From: Bdellovibrionales bacterium
Lineage (GTDB): Bacteria; Bdellovibrionota; UBA1018; CAIMNF01
DNA: 64,000 nt
NCBI GenBank assembly: GCA_040380025.1
Contig: JBEIJY010000008.1
Location: forward strand, 30,710-94,709
Direction of reading: 5' to 3'
In this document: positions 34,618 to 45,033 of the stretch, in pieces
Numbering within the stretch: position 1 is the stretch's first letter
Layout: each line of letters opens with the position of its first letter
Position numbers and translations under genes: made by a program
The notes under the pieces: model-generated
What the model was told of the DNA's origin: nothing
The model's database searches: none
What the model saw: the letters and a program-made list of their open reading frames with translations, nothing else

Positions 34618-35288
34618 AATCAAAAATTCTGGTGATCGAGGACAATGCCGACACCCGGAAATTCCTGCACGTCATGTTGAGCCGGGAATTCGAGGTTGCG
34701 ACCGCCAAAAACGGTGCCGAGGGCATCGAGATCGCCCGCAACCTCCTCCCCGAGCTGATCGTCCTCGATGTGATGATGCCTGCCATGAACGGGTATGATA
34801 CCTGCAAAAAACTGAAGTCCATCCCGGAAACCAATCATATTCCCGTGATTTTTCTTTCCGGAAAAAACACCACGAGCGAGATCGCCCACGGACTTTCCAT
34901 GGGTGCCGACGATTATCTTCCGAAGCCTTTCGATCACCGGGAGCTCCTCGCCCGGATCAAATCGCGTCTCTCGCGCGCCCTCGCGAATCCGTCTCCGCGT
35001 CTGATCGTGGGAAAACTCGAGATCGACACTTTGAACCGGCAAGCGATCTATGATGGCATTACGGCCCAACTCACCCTGACCGAATACGATATTCTCCGGT
35101 TGCTGGCCTCGCGCTTCGGCGTCGTCGTTTCGAGGGGGGAGATCATGCGGGAGATCTGGAGGGACGCCGCCCACGAAACGAGCGACCGGACCATTGATGT
35201 CCATATCCGGTCCCTCCGGAAAAAGATCCCGGATCTGAACGAGCGCATCCAGAGCGTTTATGGAGTCGGATACAAATACCTGCCCTGA
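34614..35288 (+). CDS. OmpR/PhoB-family response regulator
   Basis: IEDN, LDVMMP, GADDYL.KPF, LT.TEY, RTIDVHI..LR.K, VYGVGY. Confidence 0.95.
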   Translation: MKSKILVIEDNADTRKFLHVMLSREFEVATAKNGAEGIEIARNLLPELIVLDVMMPAMNGYDTCKKLKSIPETNHIPVIFLSGKNTTSEIAHGLSMGADDYLPKPFDHRELLARIKSRLSRALANPSPRLIVGKLEIDTLNRQAIYDGITAQLTLTEYDILRLLASRFGVVVSRGEIMREIWRDAAHETSDRTIDVHIRSLRKKIPDLNERIQSVYGVGYKYLP

Positions 35289-35293
35289 ACAGG

Positions 35294-37273
35294 CTACGGT
35301 TTCGTGCCGGCCTTTTCGAGAACTTCGCCGTTTTTGATCACATGATCGCCCTTCCGGATCTCCAACAAAAAACTCTTCTCCACTCCGAGAATGTCATTTC
35401 GGATCATGACCCGATACCTCCCGGCCGTGAGCTTCTGGCTCTCCACGGGAGCCTTCAATTCGATTTTTCCGCTGTCTCCTCCCGCGGAAGGATCGAGGCT
35501 TGTGATGGTGACATCGGCAATGGCAGGAACAGTGGAGAGACTGAATGTGCCATACTCCATCGGGTCAAGACGGACTTCGAGAAGATGCTCTCCGGATGAA
35601 TCGATTTCGGAAGTCTTGATCGAAAACTGCTTCCGGTACGTGACGAACCCGGGGCGTTCCACCACGAGCTCGAGCGGCTCTTCCGCGATCACGTCAATCA
35701 TCCCGCGGTACAGATCGATCGCCGTCCCATTCAGGGTTGCCCGCACCGAAGAGAGATCCCCGTCCGGGATGAGCCGAAGACGAAGCTGTACCGCAGTACC
35801 CGGTTTGACACCGGCACCAATTGCAAGTGACGTTTCCGCAGTACTTCCTCCGGTCGCACGAGCCCGTGCCGATTCCTCCGCCTTTTTTCGGGATGATTCG
35901 GAATTCAGGTACCACGCCGACGCTGCGATCATTCCTGCAACTACCATTGCACGGATCACCAAATGAAAAAACCGCCCCGAATCCCGCACCGGCGCAGGTA
36001 CGGGAATTCCCGCAGGAGCTCCCTCATTCCGGGAGCGCGCATCGGGCAAAGAGACGGGAGGGGCGCGAGTCGCCCCCGGGACCGCGGGGGCACTGCGGGA
36101 GGGAACCTTCATCTGCTTGCCCGGATCGATGGTGAGCTCGATTTTTTCGGCTTCCTTGATTTGCTGTTTCTCGAATTTGTCCCCGATGGACCCCACCCGC
36201 GTGGAGTCCAGCCCAGACTCGCGGGTTGAGGGACTCACGGATTCGCGTTCCGCATTTTGGAATCCGAGGGAAATCAGCTCTTCTGCACGCGTGTTCAAAG
36301 TCTGAAGTTGCTTCCGATCCTCGACAATCCACTCATGGAACAGCTTCTTGGTGAACACCGAAAGATCCGCGGTGCTAAAATCCGGGTACTGTGAATTCAG
36401 CACCTTCCGGATCGCTCGCGCCATTTCCTCGCAGTTCTGGAACCGGTTTCTCCGGTCGCGCGAAAGCGCGCGCATCACGATCGCATCCACCTCGGGAGGA
36501 ATGTCGGGATTCACCGAAGAGGGAGGCTTCACATGAGTTCCGCAAGCATCGATCATCTTCAGCACGGCGAAATCATTCTCGCCCTCTGAAACAAAAAGCC
36601 GTTTTGCCGTGAGCAGCTCCCACATGACGATTCCGAGCGAAAAAAGATCGGATCGGCCGTCGATCGTGTCTCCCATGACCTGCTCGGGTGAAAGGTAGCT
36701 CAATTTCCCCTTGATCACCCCGGACCGGGTCATGTCCCCGCTGTTCGCCGCTTTGGCGATCCCGAAATCGATCACCTTGATGTTTCCATCATACGAAACC
36801 AGAATGTTCTGCGGGCTCACATCCCGATGCACCAGATTCAACGCCTCGCCCGTGATCCGGTCTTTGAAGGAATGGGCGTAATGGAGCCCCACCGCGGCCT
36901 GTTCGATGATCTCGCACGCCACGGGCACCGGCACCTTCAACTGGCGTTGGGACACTTTCGACAGAATCTGTCGCAGATTCCGGCCCTCCACCAGCTCCAT
37001 GGCGATGAATTGCTGGCCGTTTTCTTCGCCGGACTCGTACAGCTGGACGATGTTCGGATGGGTGAACCGCATGGTCATCTGAACCTCGCTCCGGAACATC
37101 GAGACGAAATCAGGTTTGTTGCCAAAGGCGCTTTGAATCCGTTTGATCACGAGGAACCGGCCACTCGCACCGGGAGCGGCAAGACGGGCCCGGAAGATGT
37201 CCGCCATCCCCCCCTCTCCGATCCGGTCGAGGAGGAAGTAGCGGCCGAATTTTTTCAAGATTGCGTCGTTCAT
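35294..37273 (-). CDS. Membrane Hanks-type Ser/Thr kinase with PEGA-like extracytoplasmic region
   Basis: GEGGMA, VIKRI, HRDVSPQN, DFGIAK, YLSPEQ, D.FSLG; one TM segment. Confidence 0.92.
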   Translation of the reverse strand: MNDAILKKFGRYFLLDRIGEGGMADIFRARLAAPGASGRFLVIKRIQSAFGNKPDFVSMFRSEVQMTMRFTHPNIVQLYESGEENGQQFIAMELVEGRNLRQILSKVSQRQLKVPVPVACEIIEQAAVGLHYAHSFKDRITGEALNLVHRDVSPQNILVSYDGNIKVIDFGIAKAANSGDMTRSGVIKGKLSYLSPEQVMGDTIDGRSDLFSLGIVMWELLTAKRLFVSEGENDFAVLKMIDACGTHVKPPSSVNPDIPPEVDAIVMRALSRDRRNRFQNCEEMARAIRKVLNSQYPDFSTADLSVFTKKLFHEWIVEDRKQLQTLNTRAEELISLGFQNAERESVSPSTRESGLDSTRVGSIGDKFEKQQIKEAEKIELTIDPGKQMKVPSRSAPAVPGATRAPPVSLPDARSRNEGAPAGIPVPAPVRDSGRFFHLVIRAMVVAGMIAASAWYLNSESSRKKAEESARARATGGSTAETSLAIGAGVKPGTAVQLRLRLIPDGDLSSVRATLNGTAIDLYRGMIDVIAEEPLELVVERPGFVTYRKQFSIKTSEIDSSGEHLLEVRLDPMEYGTFSLSTVPAIADVTITSLDPSAGGDSGKIELKAPVESQKLTAGRYRVMIRNDILGVEKSFLLEIRKGDHVIKNGEVLEKAGTKP

Positions 37274-37359
37274 GGAACCCTTTCGCCCTCGTCACATCCG
37301 GATCGGAAACCGGCAGGAAAACTTGAGCGCGAACCGGGGCCTCCGGCGGGGGATTCCCC

Positions 37360-37815
37360 TCAGAGGGTTTTTTCGTCCTTTTTCTCCAAAGGCTTGAACT
37401 TGATGGCGATTCCCCGAACGAGGACTTCGCCTTCCGCCCCGTCATCCGAACACTCCGGATCGGGGAACTCCCCCACCTTGCCATCGAGCATGAATACGAC
37501 AGACCGGATCTGGATGACGGCATCGGCCCCGACTTTTTTGGCTTCCTTCAACAAGTTCTTGGCGGCTTTATTGAAGTAATTCCTGCACAGACCGTCGCTG
37601 TACCCTTCCTGATCGAGGGTGGGCCATACCGCCTTCGAGCGGACCCAGCCCAAGACCTCGTACGGGCGACCTTGCAGATCCCCGGTCGGAAGTTCTCGGA
37701 ACACCGATGACTCCGGATACGGGAACTTCGGGTGCTTCACTTTTTCATCAAGACCGGGCGAAGAAGCGCAAGCCCCGCAGAAAAACGCAATCAGGAGCGG
37801 AAGATTACGGTTCAA
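37360..37815 (-). CDS. Putative lipoprotein (YbjQ/RcsF-like fold)
   Basis: CGAC lipobox; Y.VLG.V, L.KEAKKVGADAVI, G.AIKF; start chosen at TTG 37815 (ORF extends to 37869). Confidence 0.6.
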   Translation of the reverse strand: MNRNLPLLIAFFCGACASSPGLDEKVKHPKFPYPESSVFRELPTGDLQGRPYEVLGWVRSKAVWPTLDQEGYSDGLCRNYFNKAAKNLLKEAKKVGADAVIQIRSVVFMLDGKVGEFPDPECSDDGAEGEVLVRGIAIKFKPLEKKDEKTL

Positions 37816-38959
37816 GATAGGTGTATTCTTGATCGCGATAGTTCCGGAGAACCCACTTTTTATCTTCATGCTTGATCACATAGTTCGGCAGAAGAGGAAT
37901 CTTGCCACCACCACCCGGGGCATCGACCACGTAGTGAGGCACCGCCATGCCCGAGGTCCAACCGCGCAGCGCCTTGATGATCTCAAGCCCTTTCTCGATC
38001 GGAGTCCTGAAATGGCTGATTCCCTGCGAAAGATCGCCTTGGAAGATGTAATAAGGCCGTACCCGCATCAGAAGAAGCTTGTGGTTCAGTTCCATCACGG
38101 TCTTCGGATCATCATTGATTCCCTTCAGGAGAACCATCTGGTTGTTGATCACGCATCCCGCATCGGCAAGACGCGCGCAGGCGTCGAATGCCTCCTCGGT
38201 GCACTCTTTCGGATGATTGAAGTGGGTGTGAATGAACACCGGATGGTATTTTCGCACCATTTTGACGAAATCATCGGTGATCCGCTGGGGAAGGGTCACC
38301 AGGTTCCGCGTTCCGATCCGGAACACCTCGATGTGATCCATCGCCCGCAGACGCGAAAGGATGTACTCGATACGATCATCCGAATTCGAAAGTGCATCGC
38401 CGCCCGAGATCACCACATCGCGGATGGACTTCGTGCGCTCGATGTAGGCCAAGCCCTCCTCGAGGGCTCTCGCCGAGGTCGCAGAATCGGGATCAGCCAC
38501 TTTCCTCTTCCGGGTGCAGTGACGGCAATACATCGCACAGTTGTGAGTGGTGTAGAACAGTACGCGGTCGGGATACCGGTGGGTCACGCCGGGAACTGGC
38601 ATATCCCGCTCTTCGGCGAGCGGATCTTCGAGGTCCTCGGGCGCGATATGAAGCTCACCTTTTCCGGGCACGGACTGCAGGCGGATGGGACAGTTCGGAT
38701 CATCCGGATCCATCAAGCTCGCGTAGTACGGAGTAATCCCCATGTTGAACATCTCATGGGACTGGGCGAAGGCTTCCCGCTCATCTGCGGTCGGATGGAT
38801 CACCTTCTCGAGCTGATCCATCGTTTTGATCCGCTTTTGCTGTTGCCAGATCCAGTTGTTCCAATCTTTCGACGGCACATCGGTCCAGATCTCCGGACGG
38901 GGGGCAGGCTTGAATTTGCGTTCGCGAACCGTGTTGATGGTCTTGATGTCGTATCCCAT
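37805..38959 (-). CDS. kamA: KamA-family radical SAM lysine 2,3-aminomutase
   Basis: HRYPDRVL, CAMYCRHCTRKR, SGGD, THFNHP.E, PYY, DAPGGGGK. Confidence 0.9.
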   Translation of the reverse strand: MGYDIKTINTVRERKFKPAPRPEIWTDVPSKDWNNWIWQQQKRIKTMDQLEKVIHPTADEREAFAQSHEMFNMGITPYYASLMDPDDPNCPIRLQSVPGKGELHIAPEDLEDPLAEERDMPVPGVTHRYPDRVLFYTTHNCAMYCRHCTRKRKVADPDSATSARALEEGLAYIERTKSIRDVVISGGDALSNSDDRIEYILSRLRAMDHIEVFRIGTRNLVTLPQRITDDFVKMVRKYHPVFIHTHFNHPKECTEEAFDACARLADAGCVINNQMVLLKGINDDPKTVMELNHKLLLMRVRPYYIFQGDLSQGISHFRTPIEKGLEIIKALRGWTSGMAVPHYVVDAPGGGGKIPLLPNYVIKHEDKKWVLRNYRDQEYTYLEP

Positions 38960-39025
38960 GGCCGAAACTCTGCCCGAACTGAAAATCGAATTCAAGCCGA
39001 AAACCGGGCCGGAACCCCGCGAAAC

Positions 39026-40876
39026 TCAGGAAGAAAAGATCCGGTATGTCACAAACGAAGCAAGATAGGCCAGACCGAAAAGGTACGCCAATGACAGAAC
39101 CATATAACGCGAACTCCCGAGTTCCCGTCGAATGGTTGCAAGGGTCGAGATGCACATGGGCGCGAAAATGAACCACACCAGAAGACTCAAACCCGTTGCC
39201 GGGCTCCACTCCCGTTTCAGCACAGCAGAAAGCCCGCCCGACTCCGACACATCCGAGTCCTCTTCGACCGAATACACCGTAGCCAGTGTTCCCACCATCA
39301 CCTCCCGGGCCGCGAAGGTCGGAATGAGCGCCATTCCGATTCTCCAGTCAAACCCGAGCGGGCGGATCGCAGGCTCGATCGCCTTCCCCACCCGGGCCGC
39401 ATAGCTCTCTTCGACCGGAGCGGGTGCGCCCCCGGACCCCCGGGGAAAACTCACCAACAGCCAGATCGCCACCGAGACCGCGAGAATCACCGTTCCGACC
39501 CGCTTCAAAAACAACTGGGTTCGATACAACAGTCCGCGCAGAAGACTTCGAAGCGAGGGCCGCTTGTACGAGGGAAGCTCGATCAGAAGCGGCGGCCGCC
39601 GTCCGCGAAACAAGAATCGCTTGAAGACCCCTCCCATCAAAAAAGTAAAAAGAATCCCGGCAAGATACAGCCCGAGCATCACAATCCCCTGAAGCCGCAC
39701 TCCCGCCACCACCGGCACATTCGGAATGAAGGCCGAAATCAGGAGCGTATAAACCGGAATCCGTGCCGAACAGGTGGTGAGCGGAATGATGAGCGTGGTG
39801 ATCACGCGATCCGCACGGCTCTCGATCGCCCGGGTGGCGAGAATCCCCGGAACGTTGCAGGCATAACTCGAAAGGAGCGGAAGAAACGACCGCCCGTGGA
39901 GCCCCACTTTGCCCATCCAATGATCCAGAAGAAACACGGCGCGGGCCATGAACCCGAAGTCCTCGAGGAACAGAATGAGCGCGTACAGGATCACAATCTG
40001 CGGAAGAAACACGAGCGTCCCGCCGATTCCGGCCAGAACCCCGTCCGAAAGAAAACTCGTCCAGGCCGGAGAAAACGCCCCTTCCGAGACCCTGGCCTGC
40101 AGGAAAGAAAAAAATGAATCGATCGCATCCATGGGGTACTGAGCGAGATTGAACATGAGCTGGAACACGAGCCCCAGGACTCCGATCAGGATCAATGGGC
40201 CGGACACCGGATGCAAAACCACCCGGTCGATTTTTCGACTGTTTTCATCCGGAAACCCCTTCCGGATCAGAACGCGCTTCAAGAGCTCATCCGCTTTTTT
40301 ATAAAACGCAAGGATGCGACTCGAATCAGGCGTCCCGGTCGTCGCCTCGCCGAAAAAGGCTCCCTTCTCGCGCTTCTGGTTTTTCAGAGCGACCTCGACG
40401 GCCCCTTCGAGTTCGGGCACGCCCCGCCTCTTGGTAGCAACCGCAGGAATTACCGGCACTCCGAGAAGCGCCGCGAACTGGATCAGATCAAACTCGAACC
40501 CGCGCGCTTCGGCCAAATCCGACATGTTCAGGGCGATCACCGCCGGGAGTGCAGTCGAATCCAGCACCTCGATCAAGAACCGGATCGCACGCTCGGGCTG
40601 GGTGGCATCGACCACGAGAATCATCCCGTCAAACGCCTCCCCGCGCAGGGCCTCGGCAAGAACATTCTCCTCCTCGGTGTAGGGACGAAGGCTATAAGCG
40701 CCGGGAAGGTCCACCAGAGTCGCGATGTCGCCGCCTGGCAGGAACAAATCCGCCTCGGCACTCTCGACCGTGACACCGGCATAATTCGCAACGCGCTGAT
40801 GGGAATGGGTCAGGACATTGAAGAGGGCAGTCTTCCCTGCATTGGGGGTGCCCACAAGGGCGATTTTCTTTTTCAT
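39026..40876 (-). CDS. feoB: Ferrous iron transporter B
   Basis: GTPNAGKT, ANY.GVTVE, DLPG.Y, CSAR.P, AREV; multiple TM helices. Confidence 0.95.
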   Translation of the reverse strand: MKKKIALVGTPNAGKTALFNVLTHSHQRVANYAGVTVESAEADLFLPGGDIATLVDLPGAYSLRPYTEEENVLAEALRGEAFDGMILVVDATQPERAIRFLIEVLDSTALPAVIALNMSDLAEARGFEFDLIQFAALLGVPVIPAVATKRRGVPELEGAVEVALKNQKREKGAFFGEATTGTPDSSRILAFYKKADELLKRVLIRKGFPDENSRKIDRVVLHPVSGPLILIGVLGLVFQLMFNLAQYPMDAIDSFFSFLQARVSEGAFSPAWTSFLSDGVLAGIGGTLVFLPQIVILYALILFLEDFGFMARAVFLLDHWMGKVGLHGRSFLPLLSSYACNVPGILATRAIESRADRVITTLIIPLTTCSARIPVYTLLISAFIPNVPVVAGVRLQGIVMLGLYLAGILFTFLMGGVFKRFLFRGRRPPLLIELPSYKRPSLRSLLRGLLYRTQLFLKRVGTVILAVSVAIWLLVSFPRGSGGAPAPVEESYAARVGKAIEPAIRPLGFDWRIGMALIPTFAAREVMVGTLATVYSVEEDSDVSESGGLSAVLKREWSPATGLSLLVWFIFAPMCISTLATIRRELGSSRYMVLSLAYLFGLAYLASFVTYRIFSS

Positions 40877-41142
40877 GATCGGGCAGTCCGGTTCACCAGA
40901 ATCAGATTCGCATCTTCCCGTCGGATCGCGTAGACGGCGTCCTTCACCCGGATGCTGATCGGGTCCCCGCCCAGGGGCGCGTCCTGAAGAATCTCGATGC
41001 TTTCGCCGATCAGGAACCCCACCTCATGAAGCCGGTACAAAAAGTCCTTGAGTCCGTCTGCGGGAGCGAATCCCACGATTTCGGCGCGGCACCCGGGCTC
41101 CAACTCTCCCAATTTTTCGGGGATCTCCTTATTGAGAATCAT
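40873..41142 (-). CDS. feoA: Ferrous iron transport protein A
   Basis: L..L.PG, RL.E.GF..G, AP.GGDP, A.RR..A; ATGA coupling to feoB; start uncertain (41142 or TTG 41112). Confidence 0.88.
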   Translation of the reverse strand: MILNKEIPEKLGELEPGCRAEIVGFAPADGLKDFLYRLHEVGFLIGESIEILQDAPLGGDPISIRVKDAVYAIRREDANLILVNRTARS

Positions 41143-41150
41143 TCTCAATA
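41130..41150. promoter_or_regulatory. Fur-box-like perfect palindrome
   Basis: TATTGAGAAT-C-ATTCTCAATA (10-1-10) at the feoAB 5' end. Confidence 0.8.
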
Positions 41151-41177
41151 TATACCGGAACCCTTTCGAATGGTCAA
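41149..41177 (-). promoter_or_regulatory. Sigma70-like promoter for feoAB
   Basis: TTGACC-17 nt-TATATA on the minus strand, abutting the palindrome. Confidence 0.55.
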
Positions 41178-41197
41178 GGTTATGCTATGCTCCGCTC

Positions 41198-41881
41198 ATG
41201 GGAAAACTCGTCATTCTTCGTCACGGCGAAAGCCAATGGAACCTCGAAAACCGATTCACCGGCTGGGTTGATTCCGACCTGTCGCCGAAAGGAATCGAAG
41301 AGGCGCGAAACGCGGGAACCCTCCTGCGAAAGGCCGGAATGGAGTTCCATCACACCTATACCTCGGTTTTGAAACGAGCGATCCGGACCCACTTTTTGGC
41401 TTTGGAGTCGATGGATCGCCTTTGGTATCCGGTCTCCCGCTCCTGGCGCCTGAACGAGCGCCACTACGGGTCGCTTCAAGGCCTGAACAAAGAAGAAACG
41501 GCAAAAAAGTACGGCGACGCACAAGTGAAAATCTGGCGACGTTCTTACGAAACCCTGCCGCCCCTCCTTGATGCAAACTCGGACATGAACCCGCGGCTTG
41601 ATCCTCGCTACTCGCTATTGAGCGAAGTGCCATTGGGGGAGTCCCTCAAAACCACCATTGAGCGGGTCATGCCTCTTTGGAACGACGAAATCGCCCCGAA
41701 ACTCTCGGCAGGCGAAAGCATTCTGGTGGTCGCGCACGGAAACAGCCTTCGCGGGCTCGTGAAGCACATCAAGAAGCTCACGGCCGATGAGGTGCTGGAA
41801 CTCAACATTCCGACCGCCGCGCCGTGGAGGTTCGAGTTCGATTCGAACCTGAACCTCCAATCGGACGGCTATCTCGGCTGA
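41198..41881 (+). CDS. gpmA: 2,3-BPG-dependent phosphoglycerate mutase
   Basis: LRHGES.WN.ENRFTGW, LNERHYG.LQG, WRRSY, AHGNSLR. Confidence 0.97.
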   Translation: MGKLVILRHGESQWNLENRFTGWVDSDLSPKGIEEARNAGTLLRKAGMEFHHTYTSVLKRAIRTHFLALESMDRLWYPVSRSWRLNERHYGSLQGLNKEETAKKYGDAQVKIWRRSYETLPPLLDANSDMNPRLDPRYSLLSEVPLGESLKTTIERVMPLWNDEIAPKLSAGESILVVAHGNSLRGLVKHIKKLTADEVLELNIPTAAPWRFEFDSNLNLQSDGYLG

Positions 41882-41890
41882 AACTGAAAA

Positions 41891-42691
41891 TCAATTCTCG
41901 GACGGCTTCCCTGCGGGCTCGCTCAACAGGTCGATTGCAACGCCGACCGGGATCGACTTCTCAGCCGCACCGGCTCCACCCGCTCCCACTCCGGCCTTGG
42001 CGAGATCTTCCGCCCCATCCACTTCTCCGGCATGAGGCCCAAGGGTGCGCACATAGTGCACGAGCGCCCAGCGATCATCCCCCGAGAGGGTTCCGAAAGC
42101 AGGCATCGCATTCAAGCCCTTGGTCAAGGTCACGAAGATCTGACTCGGCTTGCGTCCGTTCTTCCATCCTTCTCCGGCAGTGAAGTTCCGAGGCTTCGGA
42201 TTCAGGCCTGCAGCAGCAGGGCCGTTCCCCTGCCCCTCGGCTCCGTGACAAGTTACACAAGCGGATGTGTACAGGGTCTTCCCCGCCGAAACCAACTCAT
42301 CATTCGAAACCCAAGGCTTCTCGTATTTGGATTGATTCGAGGCCGCCACCGCTCCATCCGGAATGATCTTCGACAAATCCTTCACGTACACATCGCCCCG
42401 GGTCAGAAGATCGCCGAAGGTCAGGATCATGAAGATTGCCATGAAGATCACGGAGGTCGAGAAGATCACCGTGTTCTCTTTGTGATCGTACTTGAGTCCC
42501 ATGAAGAACATGCACACGAGCGATGCCTTCACCGAGGCGACAAGCATGGCAACCGTGAAGTTGAGCGCGCCAAGATCGATCTGGGCCACCCCGACGGTCA
42601 CCACCGTGAGCACGATCAGGGCCCCGAAGATCCGGAACGCCATCGAGTTCGAGAGGATGTGATGCTGATGATTCTGATGCTGATCCGACAT
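41891..42691 (-). CDS. Cytochrome c oxidase subunit IV fused to a C-terminal cytochrome c
   Basis: F.AL.VLT.VTV...A..KA.LV..FFM.LK (3 TM), then CVTCH and MPAF. Confidence 0.85.
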   Translation of the reverse strand: MSDQHQNHQHHILSNSMAFRIFGALIVLTVVTVGVAQIDLGALNFTVAMLVASVKASLVCMFFMGLKYDHKENTVIFSTSVIFMAIFMILTFGDLLTRGDVYVKDLSKIIPDGAVAASNQSKYEKPWVSNDELVSAGKTLYTSACVTCHGAEGQGNGPAAAGLNPKPRNFTAGEGWKNGRKPSQIFVTLTKGLNAMPAFGTLSGDDRWALVHYVRTLGPHAGEVDGAEDLAKAGVGAGGAGAAEKSIPVGVAIDLLSEPAGKPSEN

Positions 42692-42707
42692 AAAAGAGTC
42701 CTTTCCG

Positions 42708-43367
42708 TTAGCTCACCAAATAGAGAAGCGGGAACAGATAAATCCAAACAAGATCGACGAAGTGCCAGTACAAACCGGTGATCTCCACCGGCGTGAAGTA
42801 CGAAGGCCCGAACTCATTGCGCGATGCCCTGCGAATGAGCCAATAAATCACTCCCATTCCGATGAGCACGTGCAGACCGTGGATCCCGGTCATCACGAAA
42901 TAGACCGACAAGAACAGCGGCACCTTCGCCATCGTGAGCTCTTTGTACTGGTACAAGGCTCCCGGAAGGATGTGCTCGTGAATCTTGTGCGCGTACTCGA
43001 AGTACTTCACCACCATGAACCCGCCCGCGCAGATCAGAGTCATCCACAGGTAGCGGATGATTTTTTGCTTCTCGCCCCTCTGGGCCGCACTGACCGCAAG
43101 AGCCATCGTAAGCGAGCTCGTGATCAGGATCACCGTGTTCAACGCACCCTTCTTCCAGTCCAGAAGCTGGTGGGCCGCCTTCATCATGTCCGGATAAAGA
43201 ACCCGAAGAACCGCATAGGCCATGAACATTCCGGCGAAGAAGAGGACTTCCGTCACCAGAAAAATCCACATCCCCTGCTTGCATGCCTCGAATTCCTCGT
43301 GGGCAGTCTTGAAGTGATGGGCATGATGCCGTTCCAGATGCGTTACGGAGCCAGTTGAGTGAGCCAT
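42708..43367 (-). CDS. coxC: Cytochrome c oxidase subunit III
   Basis: GMW.FL..E..FF, TG.HG.HV..G, LYWHFVD.VW. Confidence 0.95.
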   Translation of the reverse strand: MAHSTGSVTHLERHHAHHFKTAHEEFEACKQGMWIFLVTEVLFFAGMFMAYAVLRVLYPDMMKAAHQLLDWKKGALNTVILITSSLTMALAVSAAQRGEKQKIIRYLWMTLICAGGFMVVKYFEYAHKIHEHILPGALYQYKELTMAKVPLFLSVYFVMTGIHGLHVLIGMGVIYWLIRRASRNEFGPSYFTPVEITGLYWHFVDLVWIYLFPLLYLVS

Positions 43368-43382
43368 TTCGTTCCCCTTTCC

Positions 43383-45008
43383 TTACGCGTTTCCGCCCAT
43401 CAGGGCTTTTTCGCCGCGGTATTCGTACGGACCTTCCGTCACCACCGGCTCATGGAAAAAATTCTCATGCGGAGGAGGCGAAGGAGCCTGCCACTCGAGA
43501 GTGAGAGCACCCCAAGGATTGTCTCCGGCGGGTTTCCCGTTCCGGATCGCCAGGATGATATTCACCAGCACGATCAGGAAGCCCACACCGAGGAACCACG
43601 AACCCACGGTAGAAACCTGATTGAGCGAAGTGAATTGGGGCAGATAATCGGCATACCGACGGGGCATTCCGAGCGCACCCAGAATGAACTGCGGGAAGAA
43701 CGTCACGTTGAAGCCGATCATGATGAGCCAGGACGCGAGCCTTGCCGGCCCCTCGTTGTACATCTTGCCGCTGAACTTCGGGAACCAGTAATGGAGCCCC
43801 GCGAGGAACGCAAGAAGCGTCCCGCCCACCATCACGTAATGGAAGTGAGCCACCACGAAATAGGTCGCGGTCAGATGCACATCGGTCGACACGACCGCGA
43901 GGAATACTCCGGTCAGGCCGCCGATCGTGAACACGAACAAAAACCCGAAGGCATAGAGCATGGGGGTATCGAGTCTGAGCGAACCCTTGTACATGGTCGC
44001 AATCCAGCTGAATACCTTGACCCCGGTCGGAACCGCCACGAGCATGGTCAGGAACGAGAACACGAAGTTCGCGAATTCCGACTGACCGCTCACGAACATA
44101 TGGTGTCCCCAGACCACAAAAGCAACCAGTGCGATCCCGAAGGTTGCCGCTGCGATCGCCTTGTACCCGAAAATGGGTTTTCTCGAGAAAGCGGGAATCA
44201 CATCCGAGATCACGCCCATCGCGGGAAGAACCATGATGTACACGGCCGGGTGGGAGTAGAACCAGAAGAAATGCTGGAACAGAACCGGGTCGCCGCCGAG
44301 TTTCGGATCAAAAATGCCGATTCCGATCGTTCTCTCAAGGACCAGGAGCAACAGCGTGATCGCAAGAACCGGAGTCGCCAGAACCTGGATGATGGAGGTC
44401 GCGTACACCGCCCAGATGAAGAGCGGCAGACGATCCCAGGTCAATCCGGGCGCCCGGAGTTTATGCACCGTGACGATGAAGTTCAGCCCCGTCAGAATCG
44501 ACGAGAACCCCATGATGAAGGCACCCAAAAGAACAAGTGTGGTGCTGGTACCCGTGCGAATCGAATAAGGAGCGTAAAAGGTCCAGCCGGTATCAACCTG
44601 GTTGATGAAGAGGGTCGCCGCAGCGATCGTCGCTCCCAGGATGTACACATAATAAGAAATAAGATTCCAACGCGGGAACGCCACATCCTTCGCCCCGAGC
44701 TGCATCGGGAGCACGCAGTTCCCGATCGCGGCGGGAATCAAGGGGATCACCACCATGAACACCATGATCGCCCCGTGGTACGTGAACGCCTGGTTGTATT
44801 TGTCCGGGCTCGAAAAAAACTGAAGTCCCGGAGCAAAAAGCTCCCAGCGCACGAGAAGCGCGAAGATTCCTCCGAGAAGGAACATCATCATGATGACGAC
44901 AAAGTACATCAATCCGATGCGCTTGTGATCGAGCGTGGTGAGCCAGGACTTGATGCCGTGGGAATGGTTCAGATAATTGCTGCCATGTGCGGATGAAGTG
45001 TGTGCCAT
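43383..45008 (-). CDS. coxA: Heme-copper oxidase subunit I, type A2
   Basis: [16 protein letters not shown] (YS motif), WGHHMF, HFHY, GMPRRY. Confidence 0.97.
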   Translation of the reverse strand: MAHTSSAHGSNYLNHSHGIKSWLTTLDHKRIGLMYFVVIMMMFLLGGIFALLVRWELFAPGLQFFSSPDKYNQAFTYHGAIMVFMVVIPLIPAAIGNCVLPMQLGAKDVAFPRWNLISYYVYILGATIAAATLFINQVDTGWTFYAPYSIRTGTSTTLVLLGAFIMGFSSILTGLNFIVTVHKLRAPGLTWDRLPLFIWAVYATSIIQVLATPVLAITLLLLVLERTIGIGIFDPKLGGDPVLFQHFFWFYSHPAVYIMVLPAMGVISDVIPAFSRKPIFGYKAIAAATFGIALVAFVVWGHHMFVSGQSEFANFVFSFLTMLVAVPTGVKVFSWIATMYKGSLRLDTPMLYAFGFLFVFTIGGLTGVFLAVVSTDVHLTATYFVVAHFHYVMVGGTLLAFLAGLHYWFPKFSGKMYNEGPARLASWLIMIGFNVTFFPQFILGALGMPRRYADYLPQFTSLNQVSTVGSWFLGVGFLIVLVNIILAIRNGKPAGDNPWGALTLEWQAPSPPPHENFFHEPVVTEGPYEYRGEKALMGGNA

Positions 45009-45033
45009 TTGTGCCTTCTCCTTATTTCAAACT

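Noticed and set aside
37805..38959. EF-P modification system (KamA as EpmB together with the DHS-like gene)
   Set aside because: No efp or epmA in the window, and the two genes are about 34 kb apart
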